A stretch of 64,000 nt of DNA. Source: an uncultured virus (IMG/VR IMGVR_UViG_3300009551_000046). Taxonomy: Duplodnaviria; Heunggongvirae; Uroviricota; Caudoviricetes. The notes under the pieces are model-generated. The model saw only the letters and a program-made list of their open reading frames with translations. It was not told the DNA's origin and made no database searches. The position numbers and the translations under genes were made by a program. Positions 1 to 7,472 of this stretch are shown in pieces. The DNA is taken from IMG/VR virus record IMGVR_UViG_3300009551_000046; one strand, 5' to 3'. Every line of letters starts with the position of its first letter. Position 1 is the stretch's first letter.

Positions 1-488
1 GCTCGGCCGAGCGGTGCCGCCGCTGATGATGAAGGCGGTAGCGGAGGCGGTCCGAGACCGGATCCTTGCGCGAGTTCCGTCCAGAAAAGCCGCGCGAGCT
101 CGAAGTTCAGCCGATCGTTGAACCAATCGCTCAATGCTGACGGATGCGGGCACCAAGCGAACTCGCCGCCGCAATGCGGCCGGAATGACAGCTTCGGCCA
201 ACTGAGGCCGAAGGCTGTCGCGTTGATCGCCCCTAAAACGATGACTTGCCGGCCGGCAAACGCGGCACGGAGAAGCCCGGCGCGGTCCCGGGCGTCATAT
301 GCACCGGGGATCTGATCGCCTCTCCCTGCCCTTCCCTGCCAGCCCGGGGGCATTTCGAGCCGCTCGAAGCGGGCAAGGAAGTCCGGCAGCGATAGGCCGC
401 ATAAAACGGCGAGCCGCGCCCCGGATTTCCCGGAGAGCGGCTCTTGAGAGGCGCACGACGTCGCCTGCCCGATGATGATAGGCTTCAC
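1..488 (-). CDS. Uracil-DNA glycosylase superfamily-like protein (3' end runs off window; not in ORF track)
   Basis: GTG at 488 overlaps the upstream stop; MKPIIIGQAT...PLSGKSGARLA...FER...VIVLG...AFG...PHPSALSDWFND; IIGQA and HPS resemble the two UDG-superfamily motifs. Confidence 0.6.
   Translation of the reverse strand, partial: MKPIIIGQATSCASQEPLSGKSGARLAVLCGLSLPDFLARFERLEMPPGWQGRAGRGDQIPGAYDARDRAGLLRAAFAGRQVIVLGAINATAFGLSWPKLSFRPHCGGEFAWCPHPSALSDWFNDRLNFELARLFWTELAQGSGLGPPPLPPSSSAAAPLGR
2..121 (+). CDS. C-terminal fragment of a DNA (cytosine-5)-methyltransferase-like protein (5' end outside window)
   Basis: Frame from nt 2 reads LGRAVPPLMMKAVAEAVRDRIL...* (TGA 119-121); GRAVPP matches C5-MTase motif X (G(N/R)AVPP). 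Confidence 0.7.
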   Translation, partial: LGRAVPPLMMKAVAEAVRDRILARVPSRKAARARSSADR

Positions 489-814
489 GCCGCGGTCTTT
501 TTTGCCGACGCCTTCCATACCGTTTCTCCCGCGTCGTTCTTCGAGGTTGCGAGCTCGTAGCCGGCTTTGTCGGCGGTCCGCTTCAGAGTGACGCGGCATT
601 TCTTCCAGCCGATCGCAGCGCAGATTTGCGCCTCGGTCGCCCCGATCGGCCGCAGCGCCATGTCGATCATGGTCGCCATCTTCGTTCCGGGCCGCAGCCC
701 GTCAGGGCGCTCGGCGGCGGTCGGCTTGTGCACCTTCGGGCGCGCCTTGGGCGGCGGCTTCTTCGTGCCCTTGCGCGGCGGAGCCGCGGCGGCGGCAGCG
801 GTTCTGTGCGGCAT
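485..814 (-). CDS. DUF3489-like small basic protein
   Basis: RPGTKMATMIDMALRPIGATEAQICAAIGW resembles DUF3489; AGGAG RBS upstream. Confidence 0.65.
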   Translation of the reverse strand: MPHRTAAAAAAPPRKGTKKPPPKARPKVHKPTAAERPDGLRPGTKMATMIDMALRPIGATEAQICAAIGWKKCRVTLKRTADKAGYELATSKNDAGETVWKASAKKTAA

Positions 815-879
815 AGTTGAACTCCTGTAGGGTTAGAGTTGTGCCCGGCCGGCAACTTGCCGACCGGGCGGGAGGTTCC

Positions 880-2094
880 TTAGACGACGGCGTCAAGGAT
901 CTTCTTGGCAACGAGTTCCTGCTCGAGTCGATCGTCGTTGTTGAGCAGGGTCCGGGCATTGGCGGTGATCGCCTGCGCCATGTCCCAGGCCGACCGCGGC
1001 GGACGGCCCTCTTCCTTCTCGCCCTGCTCAAGGATTGCCTTGGCGCGGGTGAGCGAGAACTGCCGCGACTTCAGGAACTCGACGGCCTTCTCTTGATCGT
1101 CGGCGACCTTGGCAGCCTTGGCCGCCTTGACACCGTCGATTAGCTTCTGCGCGGAGCCATCCGCGTAGCTCCGCAGGGCCGGCTGCGCCTGCTGCAGCCA
1201 ACGATCCGGAGCGAGTCGGTTGTGAGAGATCTTGATCTCGTCGAAATCTTCGACGCCCCAAAGGTTGCGGTTCATGCAGACGCCGCGCAGATAGAACGTC
1301 GCTAGCTTCAGGCTGCGGCTACCGACTTCGCTGTTCTGCACATAGAAGCCGCGGAACATCAGATCGGGCTCACCCGATGGCAGTTTTCCGACTTCGATCG
1401 GGTTGCGGTCATCGACGAGGAATATGAACACGTCGCGATCGGACGCATACAGGGTCGTCGAGTCCTTGGTCACCGGCGCATTGGGGTTATAGAGGTTCGT
1501 TGACCAATCGAGCACGCCGGGGATCTTCCAGCGCATCTCGCCGCGGCCGGATCCGGCAACCTGCCGGACAGCTTCGACGACCTCGTAATCCGGGATGCGG
1601 CCGTAGTCCGGGCCGGTCGCGGCGTAGAGTTCGGCGGCGCCGCCGTACAGCTTGATGTCCTCAACCTCGCGGGCCTGCTTCAGCCGCCAGGAAAGAACGT
1701 CGCAGACGAGCGGGCTCGGCAGTTCGCGGAGGAACGCCGCGGGCGACTTGGCGAGGGTCGCCATCTGCCCGAACGCCCAATGCGTCGGGGAGACTTCGCG
1801 GGCGTCTTTCACGTCGCCCTTGTCGATCGTCACGCCGACGGTCAGGCGGTGCATGTCCGCCTTGGTCTTGATCTCCGGCGCAATGAGCTCGAAGTCGGAT
1901 GTCTTGGCGCGGGTCTGAAATGACCCATTCCAAAACTTCAGCTTGAAGTCGTGAAGGTCGTCGAGGGAGAGGAACCGCTGATCAGCGGGCCGCGCCATCC
2001 ATTGCATCGAAACCTCGCCGTTGTGCCCGCCGCGGCTCGGATCGACGCGGAAAGGGGCTGTAGTGGTTTCGCTGCTTTTGACGGTCTGAAGCAT
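880..2094 (-). CDS. DUF932-family protein
   Basis: QWMARPADQRFLSL, TLYASDRDVFIFLVDD, RGFYVQNSEVG..., LRGVCMNRNLWG typical of alphaproteobacterial DUF932; start placed at ATG 2094 after CAGGAG. Confidence 0.8.
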   Translation of the reverse strand: MLQTVKSSETTTAPFRVDPSRGGHNGEVSMQWMARPADQRFLSLDDLHDFKLKFWNGSFQTRAKTSDFELIAPEIKTKADMHRLTVGVTIDKGDVKDAREVSPTHWAFGQMATLAKSPAAFLRELPSPLVCDVLSWRLKQAREVEDIKLYGGAAELYAATGPDYGRIPDYEVVEAVRQVAGSGRGEMRWKIPGVLDWSTNLYNPNAPVTKDSTTLYASDRDVFIFLVDDRNPIEVGKLPSGEPDLMFRGFYVQNSEVGSRSLKLATFYLRGVCMNRNLWGVEDFDEIKISHNRLAPDRWLQQAQPALRSYADGSAQKLIDGVKAAKAAKVADDQEKAVEFLKSRQFSLTRAKAILEQGEKEEGRPPRSAWDMAQAITANARTLLNNDDRLEQELVAKKILDAVV

Positions 2095-2166
2095 GAGGAA
2101 AGTTCTCCTGTTGTGAAGCGGAAGCGCTTCGGGATGCCCGGCGCTGCCGGGCACGGCCGAAAAGCT

Positions 2167-2397
2167 TCAACGATCAGTGCAGGGATAGCGGTGATCGTTG
2201 ATCAGGCCGCAGCGCGGGCACGGCGCCCGGGTGTCGACGATCGGCGTCTCGGAGAGCAAAACCTCGTGCAGCACCGGGCAGAACATCATTGCGTAGCAGG
2301 GACCGTCATGTCCCGGGTGCGGCTGCTTGGCCTCCCGTGCCTGCATCCGGGCGAGTGCGGCGACGGAGGTTTCGAACTCTCTTTGCGTCCAACCCAT
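2167..2397 (-). CDS. Small Cys/His-rich hypothetical protein
   Basis: MGWTQREF...CPRCG...; AAGGA RBS and promoter-like element upstream. Confidence 0.6.
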   Translation of the reverse strand: MGWTQREFETSVAALARMQAREAKQPHPGHDGPCYAMMFCPVLHEVLLSETPIVDTRAPCPRCGLINDHRYPCTDR

Positions 2398-2448
2398 TTG
2401 AGCGGTCCTTTTTGGCGGAACTAGGGAATATCGTCCCCAACGGGCTTG

Positions 2449-2477
2449 ATTAAGGGGTGGGAAGGGAGGATTGTCCA
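2449..2477 (-). promoter_or_regulatory. Putative sigma70 promoter for the leftward operon
   Basis: TGGACA-N17-CTTAAT on the minus strand. Confidence 0.45.
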
Positions 2478-2510
2478 CACCCCGCAATGTGGAAAAATCG
2501 GGCAGCAAAA

Positions 2511-3194
2511 ATGTCAGGAAAATCAAAGAAAAATGCGTTCCGGGTGCCTTCGGAATGGACATTTCAGACGCCGACGGCGGCGGCCGCATTCGATGCGCAT
2601 GTCCGGGAAAGCTTGCCTTGGTACGATCTCGTCACCGGCGCCGTCGTGCATATCGCCCGCGCCTTCATCCCGCATGGCGGCCTTGTGCTCGACGTCGGCG
2701 CGTCGACCGGAAATGTCGGCCGGGCGCTGAATCCGGTGCTCGACGCCAGGAGGGCGGAGTTGATCGCGATCGACAACTCGGAAGCCATGGCCGATGTCTA
2801 TTCGGGCCCCGGCGATCTCGTGATCGCGGACGCCGCGGATTATGACTTCTGGCAGCCGCGGCAGCCGGACGTCGTGATCTGCTTTTTGTCGCTGATGTTC
2901 GTCCCTACGGGGAAGCGCGAAGCGGTGATCATGCGGATGAAGCAGGCGCTGAAGCCTGGCGGGGCAATCATCATCGTCGACAAGATCGCGCCGCAGGCTG
3001 GATATGGCGGCACGGTGAACTATCGGTTGACGCTCGCAGCCAAGCACGAGGCGGGCGCGACTGCGGAGGACATCCTTCGGAAAGAGCTATCGTTGAACGG
3101 CCTGCAGCGGCCGCTTGAAAACGCAGAGCTCGACGGATTTCAGGAGTTCTTCCGTTTCGGCGACTTTGTCGGGCGCTTCTTCTGCAAACTGTGA
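2511..3194 (+). CDS. CmoA-like class I SAM-dependent enzyme (carboxy-SAM synthase-like)
   Basis: WTF...AAFDAHVRESLPWY...VLDVGASTG (SAM motif I), IDNSEAM, LKPGGAIIIVDK, C-terminal FFRFGDF parallel the CmoA layout. Confidence 0.7.
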   Translation: MSGKSKKNAFRVPSEWTFQTPTAAAAFDAHVRESLPWYDLVTGAVVHIARAFIPHGGLVLDVGASTGNVGRALNPVLDARRAELIAIDNSEAMADVYSGPGDLVIADAADYDFWQPRQPDVVICFLSLMFVPTGKREAVIMRMKQALKPGGAIIIVDKIAPQAGYGGTVNYRLTLAAKHEAGATAEDILRKELSLNGLQRPLENAELDGFQEFFRFGDFVGRFFCKL

Positions 3195-3467
3195 CCGGCC
3201 AAGGGCGCGGCAGAGTGCATCGGCATATTCGCCGAGCGCTTCGGCAAGCACCGGCCGGCCCTTCTCCGTGAGTTCGGTTGTCGTCGGATTCACGGGCCGG
3301 TTCAGTTTCAGCCACCCGAGTTGGACGCATCTCAGGACGTGACGCTGCGCGATCTCGGCGTCCCTCTTCGCGCCGATTGTTGCGTCGCGCGGGAAAGGTA
3401 TCGGCTGCGGGCCGTCGATATGGCTGATCAGCACGTTCAGGTAAACCGATGTCAGGTCTTTGTGCAT
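3087..3467 (-). CDS. Hypothetical protein (possible winged helix)
   Basis: Strong RBS (GGAAGAGGAG) before GTG/ATG; overlaps the CmoA-like gene 3' end convergently by 108 nt. Confidence 0.5.
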   Translation of the reverse strand: MHKDLTSVYLNVLISHIDGPQPIPFPRDATIGAKRDAEIAQRHVLRCVQLGWLKLNRPVNPTTTELTEKGRPVLAEALGEYADALCRALGRSQFAEEAPDKVAETEELLKSVELCVFKRPLQAVQR

Positions 3468-3534
3468 CACGCGAACTCCTCTTCCTATGTCCGGGGGAGG
3501 GACGATCATCTATTTTACGCGAGCCGTCCACCCC

Positions 3535-3563
3535 TGGACGTCAGGGGCCGATTTTCCCTATAA
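3535..3563 (+). promoter_or_regulatory. Putative sigma70 promoter
   Basis: TGGACG-N17-CTATAA upstream of the 3594 gene. Confidence 0.45.
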
Positions 3564-3593
3564 GGGGCGTTCGCCAAGGAAAGAGGGAATCCG

Positions 3594-4160
3594 ATGAGCA
3601 TGAGAACCTGCGGAGACTGTCAGCTCTGCTGCCGCGTTCTGCCGATAGCAGAGATCTCGAAGGCCGCCGGCAAGCGCTGCGGCTATCAGAAGTTCGGTGT
3701 CGGCTGCAAAGTGCACGGCACGCCGACGCAGCCGCAGTCGTGCATGGCTTGGTCGTGTTGGTGGCTGATCGACCCGAAGTTCGAGGCTCCGCGCCCGGAC
3801 CGCGCCGGCTATGTCGTCGACATGATGGCAGATTTCATTGTGCTAGGCGGTGACGTGTTCGCAGGAAAGCGGGTGCCGGCAATCCAGGTGTGGGCCGACC
3901 CGAAGCGCCCGGACGCCTGGCGGGAGCTCCTGCCCTGGATCAAAGCGACCGCGATCGGGGATGCCGAGCGGGCCGCTGTGATTCGCTTCAACTCGCGCGA
4001 CGCTGTCGTCATTCTGCCGCCGGCGCTATCTAGCACCGGCGATTGGGCCGAGACCGACACCCGCATGCTGAAGCCGATCGAGACGGAGCAGCTGCGTCGC
4101 AAGACGGCAGAGGATCAATTGAGGAAGATCGAGGAGCGAGCCCGTGAGAAAGAAGTTTGA
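3594..4160 (+). CDS. CxxCxxCC (YkgJ-like) metal/Fe-S-binding protein
   Basis: CGDCQLCC...C...C...C...C pattern. Confidence 0.7.
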   Translation: MSMRTCGDCQLCCRVLPIAEISKAAGKRCGYQKFGVGCKVHGTPTQPQSCMAWSCWWLIDPKFEAPRPDRAGYVVDMMADFIVLGGDVFAGKRVPAIQVWADPKRPDAWRELLPWIKATAIGDAERAAVIRFNSRDAVVILPPALSSTGDWAETDTRMLKPIETEQLRRKTAEDQLRKIEERAREKEV

Positions 4161-4776
4161 TCCGTATGAGGCGCTCGGCGTCGCGCGCGAAGCCGAGGAA
4201 GCGGAGATCAGGGCTGCGGCGCGCCGGGCGGCCAAGGACACACATCCGGATGCCGGCGGGGATGCCGAAGCGTTCAACGACACACGACGCGCGCTCGCGA
4301 TCCTGACGGACCCAAAGCGGCGGGCCAAGTTCGATCGGACCGGAGAGGCGGAGGACGTCGAGCCAGACAACACGGAAGCCGCGGCCATGTCGATCATTGA
4401 GGGCGAGCTCGCCGCGCTGATGAACGCCTTCCTGTCGAACGACTTCAACCCGATGCTTGACCCGCGGAAGATCGATCTCGTCAAGCATATCGAGGGCAAG
4501 ATCGGCGAACGCATAGCCGGATTGTTCAAGTTGAAGCTGCAGGCTCAAAGCCACGCAAGGGTCTTGAGGGACGTCGCGGAGCGTTTCAGCCGCAAAAAGG
4601 ACGCGGCCGGCAAGTTCAATTTCATTTCCCGCAGCCTTGAGAATCAGTCGAGGGAGATCGAGCGCAAACTCGAAGAGATCATTCTCGGCATCGACAATCT
4701 CAAGGCTGCGAAAGACATGGTATCGACATATGAATTCCGGACTGACCCGGCATATGGGGCTGCTTTCTTTCGCTAG
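4144..4776 (+). CDS. J-domain (DnaJ-like) protein
   Basis: DPYEALGV...IRAAARRAAKDTHPDAGGDAEAF...LTDPKRRAKFD with HPD motif. Confidence 0.85.
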   Translation: MRKKFDPYEALGVAREAEEAEIRAAARRAAKDTHPDAGGDAEAFNDTRRALAILTDPKRRAKFDRTGEAEDVEPDNTEAAAMSIIEGELAALMNAFLSNDFNPMLDPRKIDLVKHIEGKIGERIAGLFKLKLQAQSHARVLRDVAERFSRKKDAAGKFNFISRSLENQSREIERKLEEIILGIDNLKAAKDMVSTYEFRTDPAYGAAFFR

Positions 4777-4975
4777 CAGCCCGTAATGAGGACGCGAATC
4801 GTCACCCCCCAAATCATCACGGTCGCAAGAAACATCGCGAGCGCGATGATCTCGTGCGGTCCGAACAGGGCGATCCAATCCTTCAAGGTGTGCTTCGGGG
4901 CGGGATTCATGGTTGCGGTCCTTTTGTTGGGGGAACTGGGACATCATGCCGGGAAGGTGTTAAAGCCGGGTTAAT

Positions 4976-5052
4976 TGGCGCGTAGCTCAGATGGTTAGAG
5001 CGTCGGATTTTGATTCCGAAGGTCTCCGGTTCGAAGCCGGACGCGCCGGCCA
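4976..5052 (+). tRNA. tRNA-Gln (anticodon TTG)
   Basis: Cloverleaf: acceptor TGGCGCG/CGCGCCG, anticodon arm TCGGA-TTTTGAT-TCCGA, T loop GGTTCGAAGCC, 3' CCA. Confidence 0.9.
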
Positions 5053-5093
5053 CCCCTTGCAAGCACCGGAGGCGAGGGGCTATTTTCCCCGCC

Positions 5094-5570
5094 ATGGCAG
5101 GATCAAAGAAGGGCGAGCGCCGCGGACGGAAGCCGGGCTCGCGCAACAAGAGAACGATTGAGCAGGAGCAGCGCGCGCTGCAGGAGCTCGCCGAGCAGGC
5201 GAGGAGCTCGACTAGAGCCGGCCGCAAGATCACGATCGCGAAAGACGAGTTGCTCGAGTTGATCCCGGTCTTGAAGGGGACCGTCGCGCAATTCCAGCAG
5301 GCGGCGATCGCCGATGGCAAAGGTCTCCCCGGAGGGGACAAGTTCGACCGCAATTTGTGGAAGGACTTGAAGGAGTGGGTCGAGGTTTATGCGAACGTCT
5401 GCCGATATACGGCGGAGTTTCAAAGCCCGAAGTACCGAGCGATTGCTGTCGCCATGCAGGATCCTGGCGCGCAGCGGGCGCCTGAACCGAAGGTCATCGA
5501 AGCGCCAACGGATGCCATCGGCCGCGAACGCCTTGCGAGCGCTGCCTACCTCAAACTCGTCAAGGGCTAG
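5094..5570 (+). CDS. terS: Terminase small subunit (putative)
   Basis: Directly upstream of terL; N-terminal GRKPGSRNKRT motif typical of TerS. Confidence 0.65.
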   Translation: MAGSKKGERRGRKPGSRNKRTIEQEQRALQELAEQARSSTRAGRKITIAKDELLELIPVLKGTVAQFQQAAIADGKGLPGGDKFDRNLWKDLKEWVEVYANVCRYTAEFQSPKYRAIAVAMQDPGAQRAPEPKVIEAPTDAIGRERLASAAYLKLVKG

Positions 5571-5573
5571 GCC

Positions 5574-7268
5574 ATGGCAAAGGCGCGCGCCGCCGAAGCC
5601 GAGCCGATCGAGGATTGGGCCGCGCTGATCGACTGGAAGGCGCCGCACTATGCGGACGTCCTCGAGGAGCGCGCTCGCCGGCTGCTGCGGCTGCGGGAAA
5701 ACCCCGATCTGCTGCCGGGGCTGCGGGAGTATTACCGCGAGCATCCCGCGGACTTCATCAATGATTGGGGCATGACGTTCGATCCCCGCAATGCAGACAT
5801 CGGCTTGCCGACCGTGATGCCGTTCATCCTGTTTCAGAAGCAGCGGGATTGGGTGCAATGGGTGATCGACCGCTGGCGCGCCCGGCAGCGGGGACTGTGC
5901 GAGAAGGCGCGCGACATGGGCGTGACCTGGCTTGCCGTCGGGCTAGCAGACACGCTCTGCCTGTTTCACGAGGGAGTCGTCGTCGGCTTCGGCAGCCGCA
6001 AAGCGGAATATGTCGACGAGATCGGCACCATGAAGCCGATCCTGCCGAAAGCGCGGTTCTTTATGGAGCACCTCCCGCGCGAATTCCGCGGTGACTGGGA
6101 GGCCTGGCGGGACGCGCCGAAGAACCGGATCGGCTTCCCCGAAACCGGCTCGATCATCACCGGCGAGGCTGGCGACAACATCGGCCGCGGCGACCGAACG
6201 ACGCTCTATTTCGTCGACGAGGCGGCGCACCTTCAGCGCCCGATGCAGACGGAGGCTGCGCTGTCGCAGACGACGCGTTGCCGCATCGATATGTCGTCGG
6301 TCAACGGCATGGCCAACCCGTTCGCGCAAAACCGCTGGAAATGGAACGACGAGCGCGTGTTCATCTTCGATTGGCGCGACGATCCTCGCAAGGACGACGC
6401 TTGGTATGCCCAGCAGGTTGAGGACTTCGACCCTGTCGTCGTCGCGCAGGAAATCGACCGCGACTATTCGGCTTCGGTGTCGGGGATCGTGCTGCCGGGC
6501 GCATGGGTTCGCGCCTGCATCGACGCCTGCGAGAAGCTAGGGATTGAGCCGACCGGAACGCCGCGTATGGCGCTCGACGTTGCAGACGAAGGCATCGACA
6601 AGAACGCGGCGATCGCCGCGAAGGGCGTCGAGCTAATTCACATTGAGCAGTGGAGCGGCAGGGGCAGCGACATCTTCGCAACGGCACAGCGCGCCGTCGA
6701 AATCTGCGATCTGCTCGGAATCCCGGAGTATCGATACGACGAGGACGGGCTCGGTGCCGGCATCCGCGGCGATATGCGGATCATCAACGAGCAGCGCATC
6801 GCTCTCGGGGCGAGGCCTCGGCAGGCGATCGGATGGCGTGGCTCGAACTCTGTCGTCGATCCCGAGGGCATCGTTAGGGGCACGAAGGGGCGCGACGGCA
6901 AGGACAAGGGCCGCAAGAACAAGGACTTCTTCGCAAACCGCAAGGCGCAAGGATGGTGGAACCTGCGCATACGTGTCGAGAACACGTACAAATGGGTCGT
7001 GAAGGGGATCAAGTGCGACCCGGACGAAATCCTGTCGATCCCGTCGAACCTGCCCGAAGCTATGAAGCTGATCGCGGAATTGAGCCAGCCGACCTATGAG
7101 ACGAACGGTCTCGGGAAAATCGTCATCAACAAGAAGCCGGACGGCATGCCGTCGCCGAACATGGCGGACGACGTGATGATGCTATTCGCCCCAGGAGATC
7201 CGGTTATCACCGTGTCGCCCGATCTGCTCCGGGCAGCTGCGCAACTGCCGCGCCGCCGGCGACACTGA
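5574..7268 (+). CDS. terL: Terminase large subunit
   Basis: EKARDMGVTW (Walker A variant), YFVDEAAH (Walker B), ALDVADEGID nuclease motif, C-terminal SPNMAD. Confidence 0.92.
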   Translation: MAKARAAEAEPIEDWAALIDWKAPHYADVLEERARRLLRLRENPDLLPGLREYYREHPADFINDWGMTFDPRNADIGLPTVMPFILFQKQRDWVQWVIDRWRARQRGLCEKARDMGVTWLAVGLADTLCLFHEGVVVGFGSRKAEYVDEIGTMKPILPKARFFMEHLPREFRGDWEAWRDAPKNRIGFPETGSIITGEAGDNIGRGDRTTLYFVDEAAHLQRPMQTEAALSQTTRCRIDMSSVNGMANPFAQNRWKWNDERVFIFDWRDDPRKDDAWYAQQVEDFDPVVVAQEIDRDYSASVSGIVLPGAWVRACIDACEKLGIEPTGTPRMALDVADEGIDKNAAIAAKGVELIHIEQWSGRGSDIFATAQRAVEICDLLGIPEYRYDEDGLGAGIRGDMRIINEQRIALGARPRQAIGWRGSNSVVDPEGIVRGTKGRDGKDKGRKNKDFFANRKAQGWWNLRIRVENTYKWVVKGIKCDPDEILSIPSNLPEAMKLIAELSQPTYETNGLGKIVINKKPDGMPSPNMADDVMMLFAPGDPVITVSPDLLRAAAQLPRRRRH

Positions 7269-7269
7269 G

Positions 7270-7298
7270 TAGACAGCGAATTCGACTCATGCCATATA
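7270..7298 (+). promoter_or_regulatory. Putative sigma70 promoter of intergenic sRNA
   Basis: TAGACA(7270-75)-N17-CATATA(7293-98), an alphaproteobacterial sigma70-like arrangement. Confidence 0.55.
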
Positions 7299-7303
7299 TC
7301 GAG

Positions 7304-7404
7304 CGTCGCTGCTTCCTTCCAAGTTGCTCGACAAGTTCTCCTTTCTTGGCGGAACGGAGAGATCAGGGCGGCGCTTCAGGAAACTGGAGCGCCGTTTTGT
7401 TTTT
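7304..7404 (+). ncRNA. Candidate ~100-nt trans-acting sRNA (CCUUCC loop, UUGGCG loop, terminator)
   Basis: Promoter upstream, hairpin TTCTCCTTTC-TTGGCG-GAACGGAGAG, intrinsic terminator; no plausible + strand ORF. Confidence 0.55.
7367..7404 (+). terminator. Rho-independent terminator
   Basis: GGCGGCGCTTCAG-GAAA-CTGGAGCGCCGTT followed by TTGTTTTT. Confidence 0.8.
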
Positions 7405-7472
7405 GACCCCATGACGCGGCCTTTCCTCCCGTGGTAAGGAGTTCAAAGGTTCAAGCGCGGAAGGGGTCGACG

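Noticed and set aside
411..443. GAGCCGC...GCGGCTC hairpin as a terminator
   Set aside because: Lies inside the UDG-like coding frame and lacks a good U tract
5010..5093. ORF-track upstream extension of terS
   Set aside because: Overlaps tRNA-Gln; ATG at 5094 gives a typical TerS N-terminus
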